From contig NC_045696.1 of assembly GCF_009834535.1 (NCBI RefSeq), positions 51,958,001-52,022,000 on the forward strand: a stretch of 64,000 nucleotides of DNA, read 5' to 3'. The translations under genes were made by a program, and so were the position numbers. The notes under the pieces were generated by a model. It did no database searches. It had not been told where the DNA came from and saw only the letters and a list, made by a program, of their open reading frames with translations. Each line of letters opens with the position of its first letter. Position 1 is the first letter of the stretch. Source of the stretch: Camelus ferus. Its lineage: Eukaryota. Of the stretch, positions 42,607 to 56,121 are shown piece after piece.

Positions 42607-43320
42607 TAAGAGAGTTTGGGAGGTAGAGGAGAGTGGATTATCTCTGGCTAAGGCAAGGAGGGAAGGTTTCATGGAATAAATAGCATTTCAAGTGGCCTGG
42701 AAGTATGGGTTAGATTTGCATATGGAAAAACAGAATGATGGATATTACAGATGACAGAAACAATACTAATAAAGGTGGGTGAGGGAATTTGGCTTGAGTG
42801 TATGGTATATTAAACCATAAAATTAAGTCAGACATGGGGTTAGAATTAGATTTTAGATTGTCATGAATATTGGTTAGAAATTGTTTGATTATTAATATAG
42901 AATATTAAAGTCTTGTATGAACAAAAATGACACGATCTTAGGGCTCCTTCTTCATGAAATCTATTGGGGACATGGTGTTTAGGATGAAGTGGTCTTCCTT
43001 CCCCTGTTTCTCCCAACTAGATTAGAACAAGCAAGACCGAAAAAGGAGAATTAACAAGACTTGGCCACTTATTCAATATCAAGGGATATACAAGAGGCAA
43101 GAATGAGATATTTTGAGTCAAGATGACCAGGAGAATTGGGGTAAAGAAAATTAGAATAGTCAAAAGGAGGATGATTTTTAACTAGGAGGGTCATTTCAGT
43201 TTTAATATACTGACTCTGAGAAACTGATGTGATATCTAGTTGAAGATTTACATAAGGAAATTGGAGATATAGGACTCTAGTTTGGGACTTAAGATATAAA
43301 CGTATGAATTATCAACAATG
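42607..43320 (-). mobile_element. L2 fragment (host of the MLT1 remnant)
   Basis: ggaaggtttcatggaataaatagcattt...acaagacttggcc...gtgatatctagttgaagat...ggaaattggagatataggactctag. Confidence 0.6.
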
Positions 43321-43549
43321 AAATAAATAATGTCATACAACCCTAGAAAACAATGTCACATCATGGGGAAAATATGCATATGGAGTTTGACAGACATATC
43401 AGCATCCTATCTTACCCATTTACCTTTCGTATAATCTGGTACAAACTGCTTAATCCCTCCACTTTCTCATATACAAAAAAGGGGAAAACAGTATTATCTG
43501 AGTCAGGATTAACAAGTTGAGTATTTTTAAAAAACCAATCATCTTTAGA

Positions 43550-43750
43550 TCAGCTTTCATATTTTGGTGGCATGATTCCCAGTATGAAATATATTTATTT
43601 TTCAACCCATTATCTTAAAAATATGTAACACATTCTTTTTATAAACTTTTTTCCGTTTATTTTATTTCATTAAAAGCATATTTACTGTGATCCTCTAAAC
43701 TGTTTCATGACCTGTGAATGGGTTGCAACCCACACCTTGGAAAACACTGG
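43550..43750. mobile_element. hAT-Charlie-type relic
   Basis: Ends aatgggttgcaacccacaccttggaaaacactg, a Charlie-like terminus. Confidence 0.5.
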
Positions 43751-46700
43751 CCCCAACCAGATTCTGAAGTCAAATCACACCATTACATTATTTCCTCAGC
43801 CTTCATTTTTATCACTCCCTATGCTTGGGCTACTTGCTAATATCATATTATTCCTTGACGGTTCAGAAGAAATGATAATAATGTATTTCATCTACTGTAC
43901 CTATAAAATATTTTATCTATAAGAAAGATGCATCTGTTGTCCAACTAGATTATGTACTCCTTGATGATAGAAAATACGTATTATTTATCTATGTATCCTT
44001 ATAAAATTATCTGTTCGTAAGGGCACAAAATAAATTTTAATTCATTTTTATAGAAAAAAGAGAGAAAACCTTGCTGAGCACCTACATTCAGGGCCCTGCT
44101 CTGGCATCCTCATTTATCAATTCTCCCTTCTTCTCTATATGCCAAAGCTTCCCCTAAATGTTTTAAGGAAGAACAATGTCTCCTTGTTAGAGACACAAAG
44201 ATTTAGACCACTAAATTCCTGTACACAGCTACTTGAGTTTCTTCACGGTGGGAGTTGGAAAAGTCTGGAAGGGATAAATACATTTGAGGAAGAAACTAAG
44301 ACATATCCAGGACTTAGCTCTGGGTAAAATAATAGAATAGTTCCTACACTGGTCTCTTTGGACTGCTAAATGACAGAATCCAATAAAGGAAACCTGAAAT
44401 AAATTACCAGGGCAAGTAATTCATTTTAAATTATTAAAGTTTATTTCAATTTTTTTCAGACCCTGAAAAACTTTTCTCTGATGGAAATGACCCCTGGCAA
44501 CAATGACATTCTGACACCAGGCATGATGCACCCTCTTGGGAAGTCTGAATTCCATGTCACACTGGCTCTGTTCAGATTACTGGTTTCGTCTTGCCTGTGA
44601 GCCCATTTAAACCACTGAAGTTTCTAAGGATTTTCTCTCCACTTTGTAAATCATTATAAAGAATGTTAGATCAACCAGATTCACTGGCCTCTGTGTGACT
44701 CAATGCACAGCCAGTGGCACAACACAAAAAAGTACAAGGGAAAAAAAACCTTTTTTTGATAACAATAAATGTTTTTAGATGATGTAAGAATTTTGGCTTA
44801 CTTAGTAGAGGGGACTACAGTTTGATAGGTCTTAGAAAATGAGCCTAAGGAAATTTGTTTCTCGACAAACACAGCTTAAGACTCTGACTGTAGAAGAAAG
44901 ACCAAAGCTTCAGAGTTTAAAATTGGTGCTACTCTCTGGCCTAGATGTCTAAGATGATTTTCATTGATGGTCAGTATAGTTTGGGTAACCTGCATGCCCT
45001 ATTGGGCCTCAATTTACTTATTTTGAAATAAGATGATTGAACTTCTATTTCTTAAATCCTTTCTACCTGTAATGTTTGATGATACTCTGCCCTTAAACCC
45101 CTTTCACCTCAATCTTTTAATCTTAAAAAATGTGAAATGAGTTTATAGAGTTCTTTGATGTCCCTAAATGTTATTCAACATGATAAAAGTACAATTCATG
45201 AAGCCTAAATTTTATCATTTTAGCTTTGCCTCAGAGGCCAAGTTTTATGAGAGCCTTAATTTGCATCACCAGAAGCTAATTTAATAAAAATGAAGGGACC
45301 CCTTTTAGAAATAAATTTAAATTGGTAAGGGAGGGCAGAGAACCTTATGCAACACCCCCCCCCAAAAAAAAAACAGGAAGCTAAACTTAAAAGAGGTCAA
45401 ATGGTTCTGAGTTCTAAAGAATACTGAGGTCTAATTAGTACTGAGAAACTAGTCTTGGCTTCAGATGCAATGACAGTAGAAATTTCTAATGGCAACTTCC
45501 CAAATCTCTGGCTTCTTGACCCAATACGTTTTGTATCATTTGCCCCATTTTCTTGAAGCACAATCTAGTGCATAGCAATTAGACAAACAGGTACAGAACA
45601 CCATCCATCCTGAGTCAGGTAGATTTATCTTTGGAGATAACTCCAGTATGTGGGATGTAAGACACACAGCTTAAACAGAAAACTACCTGAACACCATTTC
45701 ACAGACCAAAAGGATACAGTATCAATGGGCATTTCTCATTTTGATCAGGAGGAAGAAGAGGAGAAAGACTGGGAGACTGATGCCTAATGTTATATGGTTA
45801 ACATTAGGTTTGTCTTTGACAGATTCCTTTATAATTACCTTCCTGACTGTCAAAATCTATTCAGCTCCTCTTTACAATAAATATTCTCTGAATGAATAAA
45901 TCCTGAAGTTCTGACTTAACAAAGTTTCTAATTGTATTATAACAATAGCTATTTCTTGATTACTATTATTATGCCAAGTGCTGGGGATTACAAAAATGAA
46001 TAAGAAATAGACCCTGATTTTAGAGACTTTACCATCTATGGGTTTGGACTGTTGTAGTTATGACAAAAATAACAATAACCATCAATTATTCTCTCGTACC
46101 AGCCAGGCACTGTGCTCAGTGGGCAACACACATAAACTGCCAAAGTTCCCTCCAGTACACCAGATACCCTGACAGTGAGGTGATCTTGCTCTGTCCATGA
46201 ATCACATCTCCAAAAAAAAGGACCTAGCAGGAATTCAGACAATAGGCAGGGATATTTAAGTGACTTCAGAACTGTCTACAGTAAACATACAAGAACAGTA
46301 GTCAATAATGAAAGAGTTCAGTAAACCAAGGTGAAAATGGAAGACATCGTCTAAATCACCTTTTAGTGTACTCTGTCGACAGGCACTGTAACACTGAAAA
46401 CCACGATGCAGTTCACCCCACATCCGGCATTCCGACAATGACTCAAGCAGATGAACGTTATTTAAGTGGTCTAAGACTCCCTTGCAAAAGACCTTGTAAC
46501 ACATTAAATTGTAAAACTTAGGAAGACATCATAACCTTCTGGATTTCATTGCCAAAATGTACATTTTGATTTAAAATTAAAAAAATAAACCAAAATAACA
46601 TTGGCTTTCCTTGTAGTATTTCACAACCTTTGAGTGCAGCATTAAAATGCTTTTCTTTTTCCCCCACCAACTATATAAGCTTCTGTTTTCTTACCCTGGG

Positions 46701-49700
46701 CGTCTGAATCTTTTATATGCTCGGGTTCTATTCACTGCCTGTAATTCAGACATTGAAATCCCAAATGTTAATTGTTCTTCCAAGTACATTGACAAAACAG
46801 CAGCTAAATAAGGGTAGACCAGACTGTGGTAGACTCTGACATGCATTTATGGAACAATGGGGCTCTGAGAGACAGGCTTGTAGCTCACGGGAAGACATAA
46901 GATGTGCTATTTTGACTGCTTCATAGCAGAACGGGGAACACACGCACACAAGGGAATTATGCATTTTACTTGGTTTTGCCCAAAGTCCTCAAGGCAACAG
47001 AATCTTGTGATGTCATCATGAACTTTCTTTCTCTCCATCTACATTGACACAAAGGCTAAAAATTTCTAATGACATCACAAAGGAAAAAGGAATCTATTTT
47101 GATTCCATAAGAAATCTGTTACCTTCAAAGAGACTTGTACCAAACTGTAAGAATCCTTCCTGACAGGATGTGTGTCACTGTGCTGATGCACAGTGGGTGA
47201 CACCCTCCCTAATGCAATTCAAACCAGCCAAAAGAAAGGATTCACAATTTAGGTTGGATAAAAAAGACATACTGAATATTGAGCCCAACAAATTTTCTTT
47301 TTTTAAAGAAGGAAATCATTTAAACATGTATTTCTTCAGGGATATTCAAATTCTTACTCATGTCTGGTTACTATGTTACCAACATTTTTGTCCTTTTTTG
47401 AGTTGGTCACAAAAACACAGAGGAGGGTAGAGGAAGCTTTCACTTACAGGAATGCAGTGTAGCTCAATCTTTTGTTTTTAAGGTGCAGTGATTTCAGTCT
47501 CTAAATGTAACTTCAGGCAGTCTGAAAAGAAACAGGTTAAAATCTCTTTCAGTTATAATTGGTATTTCAGATTTAATTAAAAATTAAACTTTCATAATGT
47601 TTCACCATCCAAAGCAATGCATTATCAGTCAAGCGTGGCTTTTTTTTTTTCTTCTGTTAAGAAAAAAAAAAAAAAAAAAAAAAAGAACCCTCTTCCCAGA
47701 GTAGTTTTTTAATGAAAAGAAAAGGATCTAAAGAGGAAAAAAAGCAATTCTGAAAAACAAAATATGCCTCCATGTTAAGGCCTTCATAATGATATGACTA
47801 GAAGCTCAGTGCTTCTAAATTTTAGCTATATTCTGATTTTAAAAAAAAGACTCCTAAACAATTCCAAAGCCTAAAGATGACATAAAATGCTATTTCAGAG
47901 AATAAAGAAGGAAATCTATGATCTGAATACACATGTTAAAGGGAAATTATGACTTTGAATAGAATCTTTTAAAAACCTGTTAGGTCTACTACTTTCAAAT
48001 GACTGAATAGCTGGTGGGGCAAATGGTGAAGCAGAGGTAGAGGAAAACATTCAGCAGTACAAAATGCCCATTGCAAGGCATTGTGGGTTTCGTGTGCTTC
48101 ATGCCACATCATATCGGATATCTTGTCGCGTGCAGCCACTGCTGTTTGAAGCAGCACGGGAAGACCATCAGAGTTTGAATCAGCCCTCTTGGTTTAGGTA
48201 ATTATAAACATATTTTTAATATGTATTTTTAATCCTGGAATTAAGAGTCCAGGCATTAAAATCTCCAAGTATGTCATAAATATTTGAGCTTAAAACGTCA
48301 TACTATTTTTTTCAATCCTTTCTTCATACAACACCATCTATAAATAAGATAACAGTTAAAACAAAAACAGACTGGATTAAGTCATCCCTATTTTTAGCTT
48401 CAAATAACTGACACAACAGGATTTAGGAAAATATAACTTTTTAGTGTAAAGTAGAGATAATACAATTATCTTTCTTTTATTTTACAGTATTGTAGTGCAT
48501 TTTAAAAATACATTTGTAGCACTATATGTGGTATGTTTATGTCCACCTTCATGTTAGTGCAAGGTAACATTTTAATATCTTCATATATGAGAGCATGATC
48601 ATAAATCAGCCCTGAAGTTGAATCTATTTTTAGAAAATGCATCTAGTTCTTACTTGCAAATTCTGTTTTGTTTCTTTTTTTCCTTGAAGCAGACAGAGGA
48701 ATATTTTGGGTATTGTGTCTGTTTGATGTATATAGATTTTAAATTCTGACTGATTCAAATTCACTAGGTCTATCCATGAATGGATCAAAAAAAAAATCAC
48801 TCATATTGACTAACTAAACTTTTCCCCTGCTTCTCACATGACTGAATTAGACTAAAAATGTACCAGTGTAAAGACAGAAATTATGGAGGTGTCACCAGGG
48901 ACAACTGAATGAGAGGAGGGGAGTGCACATATCTCCTTATAAGGCAACAAAACATTTATAAATGAAACTGACAGAAATAACTCATGCTCAGAAATAATAT
49001 GGAATAACAATAATCCTCAACAAATGATTCAGAAATAGAAATAACTGCACATCTCTGTATAAACTTGAGTCACCAATTGGTATTGTTCTGCTCACCAATC
49101 ACCAATTGTTCTAACCACCAATATGGTTAATGAAACTGATTCACTGTCTAGTTCAGACAAAAAAGGTAATGGAAACTAGGCTGCATATTTATAAAGTATT
49201 TAACTGACCTAGCAGCTCAACTTACTCAGTCAGATTTCCTTTTCCTTAATTCAGATGTTGAATTAATTGAACTCTTAGTTCAAAATAATAAAGCAGCTTC
49301 TATGAGTACAAAGTCCACTAAGTTATATTCTCCTCTTCTCGTGTTATCCCTCCTTCTCCTCTTTGACCTTTCTCTTCCCTCTCTGTCTCTGCCTGTTTCT
49401 TCCTTACTTTCACTTTCTTCCTTATTTATTTTTTCCCTCTCGCTCTCCTTTTTTTCCCCTTGGTGAGGGTAATGAAGCTCAAAAATAACATCTTGTATCC
49501 TGTTGAGGGAAACTTGGTCACAACTATCCTTCCAGATGACAAACTCATCCTTAAATGTCTGTTTCCCAATCCAAAGAAAACAGAGCAATTGAGAAAATAG
49601 AGACGCAACATCACTTACCACTACCAACACCACCACTTTTAATTCCCATGCTACATTCATCACAAGGAGGATTGAAGTTTATTTACCTTATTCTCTAACC

Positions 49701-50929
49701 TCAAATAGGACCACAAATAAGACTAATAACAGGACCATTTTGTGGCACTCAGGCAAACGGCTGGGCAAAACAGATGGATCTTACTTTGCGCCAGGACTCA
49801 AGAAATATAGTCGCCAACAGTGAGTTGGCGACTACATATCTTGGCCCAAAGATGGACCTGGAAGTGGGACCAGTTGTCTTTGATATAAATACTGTTCCTA
49901 CTCATATTTGTCTCATGAGAAAATCATTAACTCTGTCACTGTGCAGTGGGGCTAAGTATTGGGTAGAACTGTTTGGAATACTGGTCATCAAGAAAGTAAA
50001 ATATTCTGAAGGCATGTCAGATTGGATTAAGGAGCAGAGAAGTTAGGACTCGGACCTTAATTTTGGCACTACTGTCTACTTTTCAACTTCCTGCTTTTTT
50101 CACGTTCAGTACTGTACACTGAATCCATGTTTAAAATTGTAGATTTCCAGAGTGTGTGTCATCAATAAGAATAACTTGCTCCTGACATTTTAGGTTCCAA
50201 AATCTGTTAACATTTTTTCAAGTTATCCAGATCAATCTCAGTCATTATTAAAATTTACCGCCAATGTCAGACTTCTTTAATCAAGGCAAAACTATGTAAG
50301 GCTTTATAGAATACAGTCAACACCCAGTAATATACTGGGAAACAGCTCAGTAATCAATGCAAATTACAAAGCCCGGAAGAATGCTTCTCTTGGCAGAAAC
50401 CTTTTAACAAAAGAGTTGTACATTCTGCACTAGTCAAAGATTCTGAATGGCTTTCCAGAGAAGTAGCGAATGCATTATATTACAGTAACCCGTCCTGTAA
50501 GTCGCAAGGCCAAAAAACAAAGCCCCAGACAAAAAAAGAAAAGAAAAGAAAAGGAAAAAAGGAAGAGGGGTGAGGAACTAGAGATCTTAACATTGACTAT
50601 GAACAAAGGACTGCTTCTGGCCAAACTTTACTTTTTAAAATCCTCACATAGATAGGCGTTTCAAATATCACCAGGTCACAGAACTTCAAGAACAGAGCAA
50701 CACAGCACTCCAGTTTAGGAAGTCCCTGCTAATTCAAGCAATTCTCTTAATGCTCTCCCAACTATTCAGCATTGATTGTATCTTGCTTAGATTGTTTTTG
50801 AGAGTTCACTCACCTGTCTATGATTTATTCATTCTGACACTGTTCAGATTTCATTTTTAAGAGACAAGCCCTGTCTATGGTCACCATAGAGAACAAATTA
50901 TAATATTTTAATTATTTCTCTTAGTCTTT

Positions 50930-51925
50930 TTTTCCTTTTCACTTAAAAACATTATATTATGAAAAATTTCAAACATACTTAAGAGTAGAGAGCATAGTAA
51001 AATGAACTTCCATGTACTCGTCACCCATAGCCAATGTTTTCTTCATCTAACTTTCACCCACTTTTTCTTCCACCAGATCATTTTAAAGACAATCCCAGAT
51101 GTCATATTATTTCATCCATGAATATGTTAGTAAGTATTACTAAAAAATAACGACTTTTCAAAGTCATAGCAAATATCATTATCCCACATTAAAAAAATAG
51201 TGATTCTTTAATGTTGTTAAATATCTTGCCTCTGTCAAATGATTAACTTTTAAATGTTTTCTTTTTTTTTAACAGCTAGTTAGATTGAATTAGGATCTAA
51301 ATAAGATCCACACATTACATTTGAATCACAATTCTCTTTTAACCTATAAATCCCCCACTCCATTTCAAAAAATTTTAACTTTTTGTTTCGGAACAAGTTC
51401 ACATATATGGAAAAATTGAAAGGATAGTACAGCAAATTCCCATATTTCCTTTATTACCTTCTCCTAATCTTAACATCTTACATAACCATGGTAAATCTGT
51501 CAAACTAAGAAATTAACAGTGGTACAATACTACTTGAAACTATCGACTTTATTTGGATATCACTGGTTTTTCCACTAATATCTATTTTCTGTTCCAAGAT
51601 CTAATCCAGGACACTACATTGCATTTAGTTGCCATTTCTCCTAAATTTCCTCTGATCTGGGGCAATTTCCCAGTTTTCCCTTGTTCTTTATGATTTTGGT
51701 AGTTTTGAAGAATAGTGGTCAGATGTTTTGTGGGATGATCCTCAGTTTGGATTTGTCTGATATTTCTTCATAACTAGACTGGGATTATAGTTTTAGAGAA
51801 GAATGCAAAAGAATGAAGTGCTGTTCTTACATCATATCAGGGGGTATATGATATCAACAGGATTTATCACTAGGGATGTTAATCTTGGTCATTTGGTTAA
51901 GGGAATATCTGCCAAGTTTCTCTTT
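50930..51925 (-). mobile_element. Old L1MC-type 3' UTR fragments (probably two, nested or adjacent)
   Basis: tattatgaaaaatttcaaacatac...; ttccaagatctaatccaggacactacattgcatttagttg; gtttggatttgtctgat...actagactgggattata. Confidence 0.75.
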
Positions 51926-53475
51926 TCTTAGTTTTAATAAGCATAATTTCATTTTGACAGTTTATTAAGGTAGTAAGTAACATAAAATTCACCCTTGTAA
52001 GTGTCCAACTTAATGATTTTAAGTAAATTTAGAGTTGAGTAAATCCAGTTTCAGAACATTTTTGTCACTACAAAAAGATCTTCATGCCCTCAAGCAGTCA
52101 ATGCTCACTCTCATCCCCAGCCCCAGACCACTAATCTGCTTTCTGTCTCTAAACATTTACCTTTTCCTAACATTTCTCTCAAGTGCAATCATGCAATATG
52201 TGGTTTCCTTCATGTGGCTTTTTTTACTTACCATAATGTTTCTCAGATTGATCTATGTTGTGGTATGTAGCAACAGTCTGTTCTCTTTTATTGATGAATA
52301 GCATTTCATTGTATGAACATAAGACATTTGCTCATCCATTCATCAGTTGATAGACATGCAGATTGCTTCCAGCTTATCACTATCATGGATAAGGCTGCTA
52401 TGAGCATTCACATATATACAAGTCTCTCTGTGGATATATGTTTTCATTTCTCTTAGGTAGATACCTAGAAGTGTAATTGTTGGGTCATAAAAATAAGTTT
52501 ATTTTAAATTTTAAGAATTGCCAACCTATTTCCTAAAGTGGCTATACTATTTTAAATTTTGACCAGGAATGTATGAGAGTTCCAGTTTCTCTGTATCGTC
52601 ACCAACATTCATTACTGTGCTTGTATTTTTTATTATAGCCACAATAGTTGATGTAAAGTAATATCTTATTATGGTTCTAATTTACTTTTTCCTAGAGATT
52701 CATGGTGTTGAGCATATTTTCATATGTTTATTAGCCATTTTTATATCTTCCTTGGTGAACTACCTACTCAAATATTTTTTTCCAATTTTTCACTGGATTT
52801 TATTTTGTCTTTTTATTATTAGAGAATTCTTCATATATTAGGAATATAGAGATCTTTTATCAAATACATATTTGCAAACCATGAATCTTGGAAATATATT
52901 CTAGTGTTTTCATTTCTTTAGTGGAATCTTTTGAGATGCAAAAGTTTCTAATTTTGATGAAATCCAACTTATTAAATTTTTTTCTTTTTCATATCATGCT
53001 TTTATTATTTAAGAACTTTGTGTAACCAAAGGTTATGAAGACTTTCTCATTTTCTTATTTAAAAGTCTTATAGTTTTAGGTCTTCTATTTAGGTCCATGA
53101 TCCATTTTGAGTTAATCTTTGTGTATAGTGTGAGGTAAAGATCTAAAAATCTTTTTTTTTTTTTTGTATGCTCCTAGTACCATGGATTTTCATTTATATT
53201 TCATATAATGAAATTACTTATAGTTATATTCCATTGATCTCTATAGCAATATGATACTCTCTTCTTTACTGTATTTTTAATAATAAATTTTAAACAGGAG
53301 GTATAAGTTAACTTTGTTCTCCTTTTCAAAATTATTTTTATTGTTCTGGGTACTCTGCATTTTTACATAAACTTTAAGATCAGCTTGTCAGTTTTTACAG
53401 AAATGCCTTTATTCTTTTTTTGATGCTATTGTGAATAGAATTGCTTTCTTGACTTCACTGTTTGTTGCTATTATA

Positions 53476-53941
53476 CACAATACCTCACGTTACTGTATTT
53501 CACTTTATGGCTCTTCACAGACACTGCATTTTTTACAAATTGAAGGTTTGTGGCAACCTTAGGTCACCCAAGGCTATCAGTGTCATTTTTCCAACATTTG
53601 CTCACTTTATGTCTCTGTGTCACATTTTGGTAATTCTTGCAGTATTTCAAATTTTTCATTATTATTTTATTTGTTATGGCGATCTGTGATCAGTGATCTC
53701 TGATGTCACTATTGCAAAAAGAATATGACTTGCTGAAGTCTCAGATGATGGTTAGCATTTTTTAGCAATAAGGTATTTTTAAATTAAGGTATATACATAT
53801 GCAGTGCTATTGCACATTTAACAGATTATAGTATAATGTTAACATAACTTTTATATGAACTGTTAAAACCAAAAACTTCATGTGACTTGCTTTACTCTGG
53901 TGTTCTAGAACTGAATCTTTAATATCTCTGAGATGTGCCTG
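53476..53941 (+). mobile_element. Tigger1 internal-deletion derivative (TcMar-Tigger; Tigger1a-like)
   Basis: ttttttacaaattgaaggtttgtggcaacc and ctcagatgatggttagcattttttagcaataag match the two Tigger1 ends; ends gagatgtgcctg; TA dinucleotide on both sides; removing it restores the L1 sequence ttgctattatatagaaatacaa. Confidence 0.9.
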
Positions 53942-54089
53942 TATATAGAAATACAACTGACTTGCGTATAATGTTCTTGTACTCAGTGAACTTGCTGGAC
54001 TCATTTATTAGTTTGTGAGTGTGTGTATGCATTCCTTAATATTCTCTACATACAGATCATATTTTCTGCAAATAAAAGTTTTACTTTTT

Positions 54090-56121
54090 TTAACATTTTT
54101 TATTGATTTATAATCATTTTACAATGTTGTGTCAAATTCCAGTGTTCAGCACAATTTTTCAGTTATTCATGGACATATACACACTCATTGTCACATTTTT
54201 TTCTCTGAGTTATCATAACATTTTGTGTATATTTCCCTGTGCTATACAGTGTAGTCTATTCTACAATTTTGAAATCCCAGTCTATCCCTTCCCACCCTCC
54301 ACCCCCCTGGTAACCACAAGTCTGTATTCTCTGTCTGTGAGTCTATTTCTGTCCTTTATTTACGCTTTGCTTTTGTTTGTTTGTTTGTTTTTGTTTTTGT
54401 TTTTGTTTTTTAGATTCCACATATGAGCGATCTCATATGGTATTTTTCTTTCTCTTTCTGGCTTACTTCACTTAGAATGACATTCTCCAGGAGCATCCAT
54501 GTTGCTGCAAATGGCATTATGTTGTCGGTTTTTATGGCTGAGTAGTATTCCATTGTATAAATATACCACCTCTTCTTTATCCAGTCACCTGTTGATGGAC
54601 ATTTAGGCTGTTTCCATGTTTTGGCTATTGTAAATAGTGCTGCTATGAACATTGGGGTGCAGGTGTCATCCTGAAGTAGATTTCCTTCTGGATACAAGCC
54701 CAGGAGTGGGATTCCTGGGTCATATGGTAAGTCTATTCCTAGTCTTTTGAGGAATCTCCACACTGTTTTCCATAGTGGCTGCACCAAACTGCATTCCCAC
54801 CAGCAGTGTAGGAGGGTTCCCCTTTCTCCACAGCCTCTCCAGCATTTGTCATTTGTAGATTTTTGAATGACGGCCATTCTGACTGGTGTGAGGTGATACC
54901 TCATTGTAGTTTTGATTTGCATTTCTCTGATAATTAGTGATATGGAGCATTTTTTCATGTGCTTTTTGATCATTTGTATGTCTTCCTTGGAGAATTGCTA
55001 GTTTAGGTCTTCTGCCCATTTTTGGATTGGGTTGTTTATTTTTTTCTTATTGAGTCATATGAGCTGCTTATATATTCTGGAGATCAAGCCTTTGTCGGTT
55101 TCACTTGCAAAAATTTTCTCCCATTCTGTAGGTTTTCTTCTTGTTTTACTTCTGGTTTCCTTTGCTGCGCAGAAGCTTGTAAGTTTCATCAGGTCCCATT
55201 TGTTTATTCTTGCTTTTATTTCTTCTAGGAGAAAATTTTTTAAATGTATGTCAGATAATGTTTTGCCTATGTTTTCCTCTAGGAGGTTTATTGTATCTTG
55301 TCTTATGTTTAAGTCTTTAATCCATTTTGAGTTGATTTTTGTATATGGTGTAAGGGAGTGTTCTAGCTTCATTGTTTTACATGCTGCTGTCCAGTTTTCC
55401 CAACACCATTTGCTGAAGAGACTGTCTTTATTCCATTGTATATTCTTGCCTCCTTTGTCGAAGATGAGTTGACCAAAAGTTTGCGGGTTCATTTCTGGGC
55501 TCTCTATTCTGTTCCATTGGTCTATATGTCTGTTTTGGTACCAATACCATGCTGTCTTGATGACTGTAGCTCTATAGTATTGTCTGAAGTCTGGGAGAGT
55601 TATTCCTCCAGCCTCTTTCTTTCTCTTCAGTAATGCTTTGGCAATTCTAGGTCTTTGATGGTTCCATATGAATTTTATTATGACTTTTTCTAGTTCTGTG
55701 AAATATGTCCTGGGTAATTGGATAGGGATTGCATTAAATCTGTAGATTGCCTTGGGCAGTGTGACCATTTTAACAATATTGATTCTTCCAATCCAAGAGC
55801 ATGGAATATCTTTCCATTTTTTAAAGTCTTCTTTAATTTCCTTCATCAATGGTTTATAGTTTTCTGTGTATAATTCTTTCACCTCCTTGGTTAGATTTAT
55901 TCCCAGATATTTTATTACTTTGGGTGCTATTTTAAAGGGGATTGTTTCTTTACTTTCTTCTTCTGTTGATTTATCATTAGTGTAAAGAAATGCAGCTGAT
56001 TTTTGAACGTTAATTTTGTAACCTGCTACCTTGCTGAATTCTTCAATCAGCTCTAGTAGCTTTTGTGTGGACCTTTTAGGGTTTTCTATATATAGTAACA
56101 TGTCATCAGCATATAATGACA
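54090..56121 (-). mobile_element. Young 5'-truncated LINE-1 (camelid-like), ~2 kb, with a 16-bp TSD
   Basis: Exact direct repeat aaaagttttacttttt at 54074-54089 and 56122-56137; AATAAA on the minus strand at ~54098-54103; 3' UTR; near-intact ORF2 C-terminal half. Confidence 0.95.
54410..56120 (-). pseudogene. L1 ORF2p C-terminal fragment (RT from YADD onward plus CCHC domain) with two nonsense codons
   Basis: ORFs 55055..56122 and 54410..54973 share one frame, separated by TGA (55055-55057) and TAG (54998-55000); motifs [48 protein letters not shown]. Confidence 0.95.
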
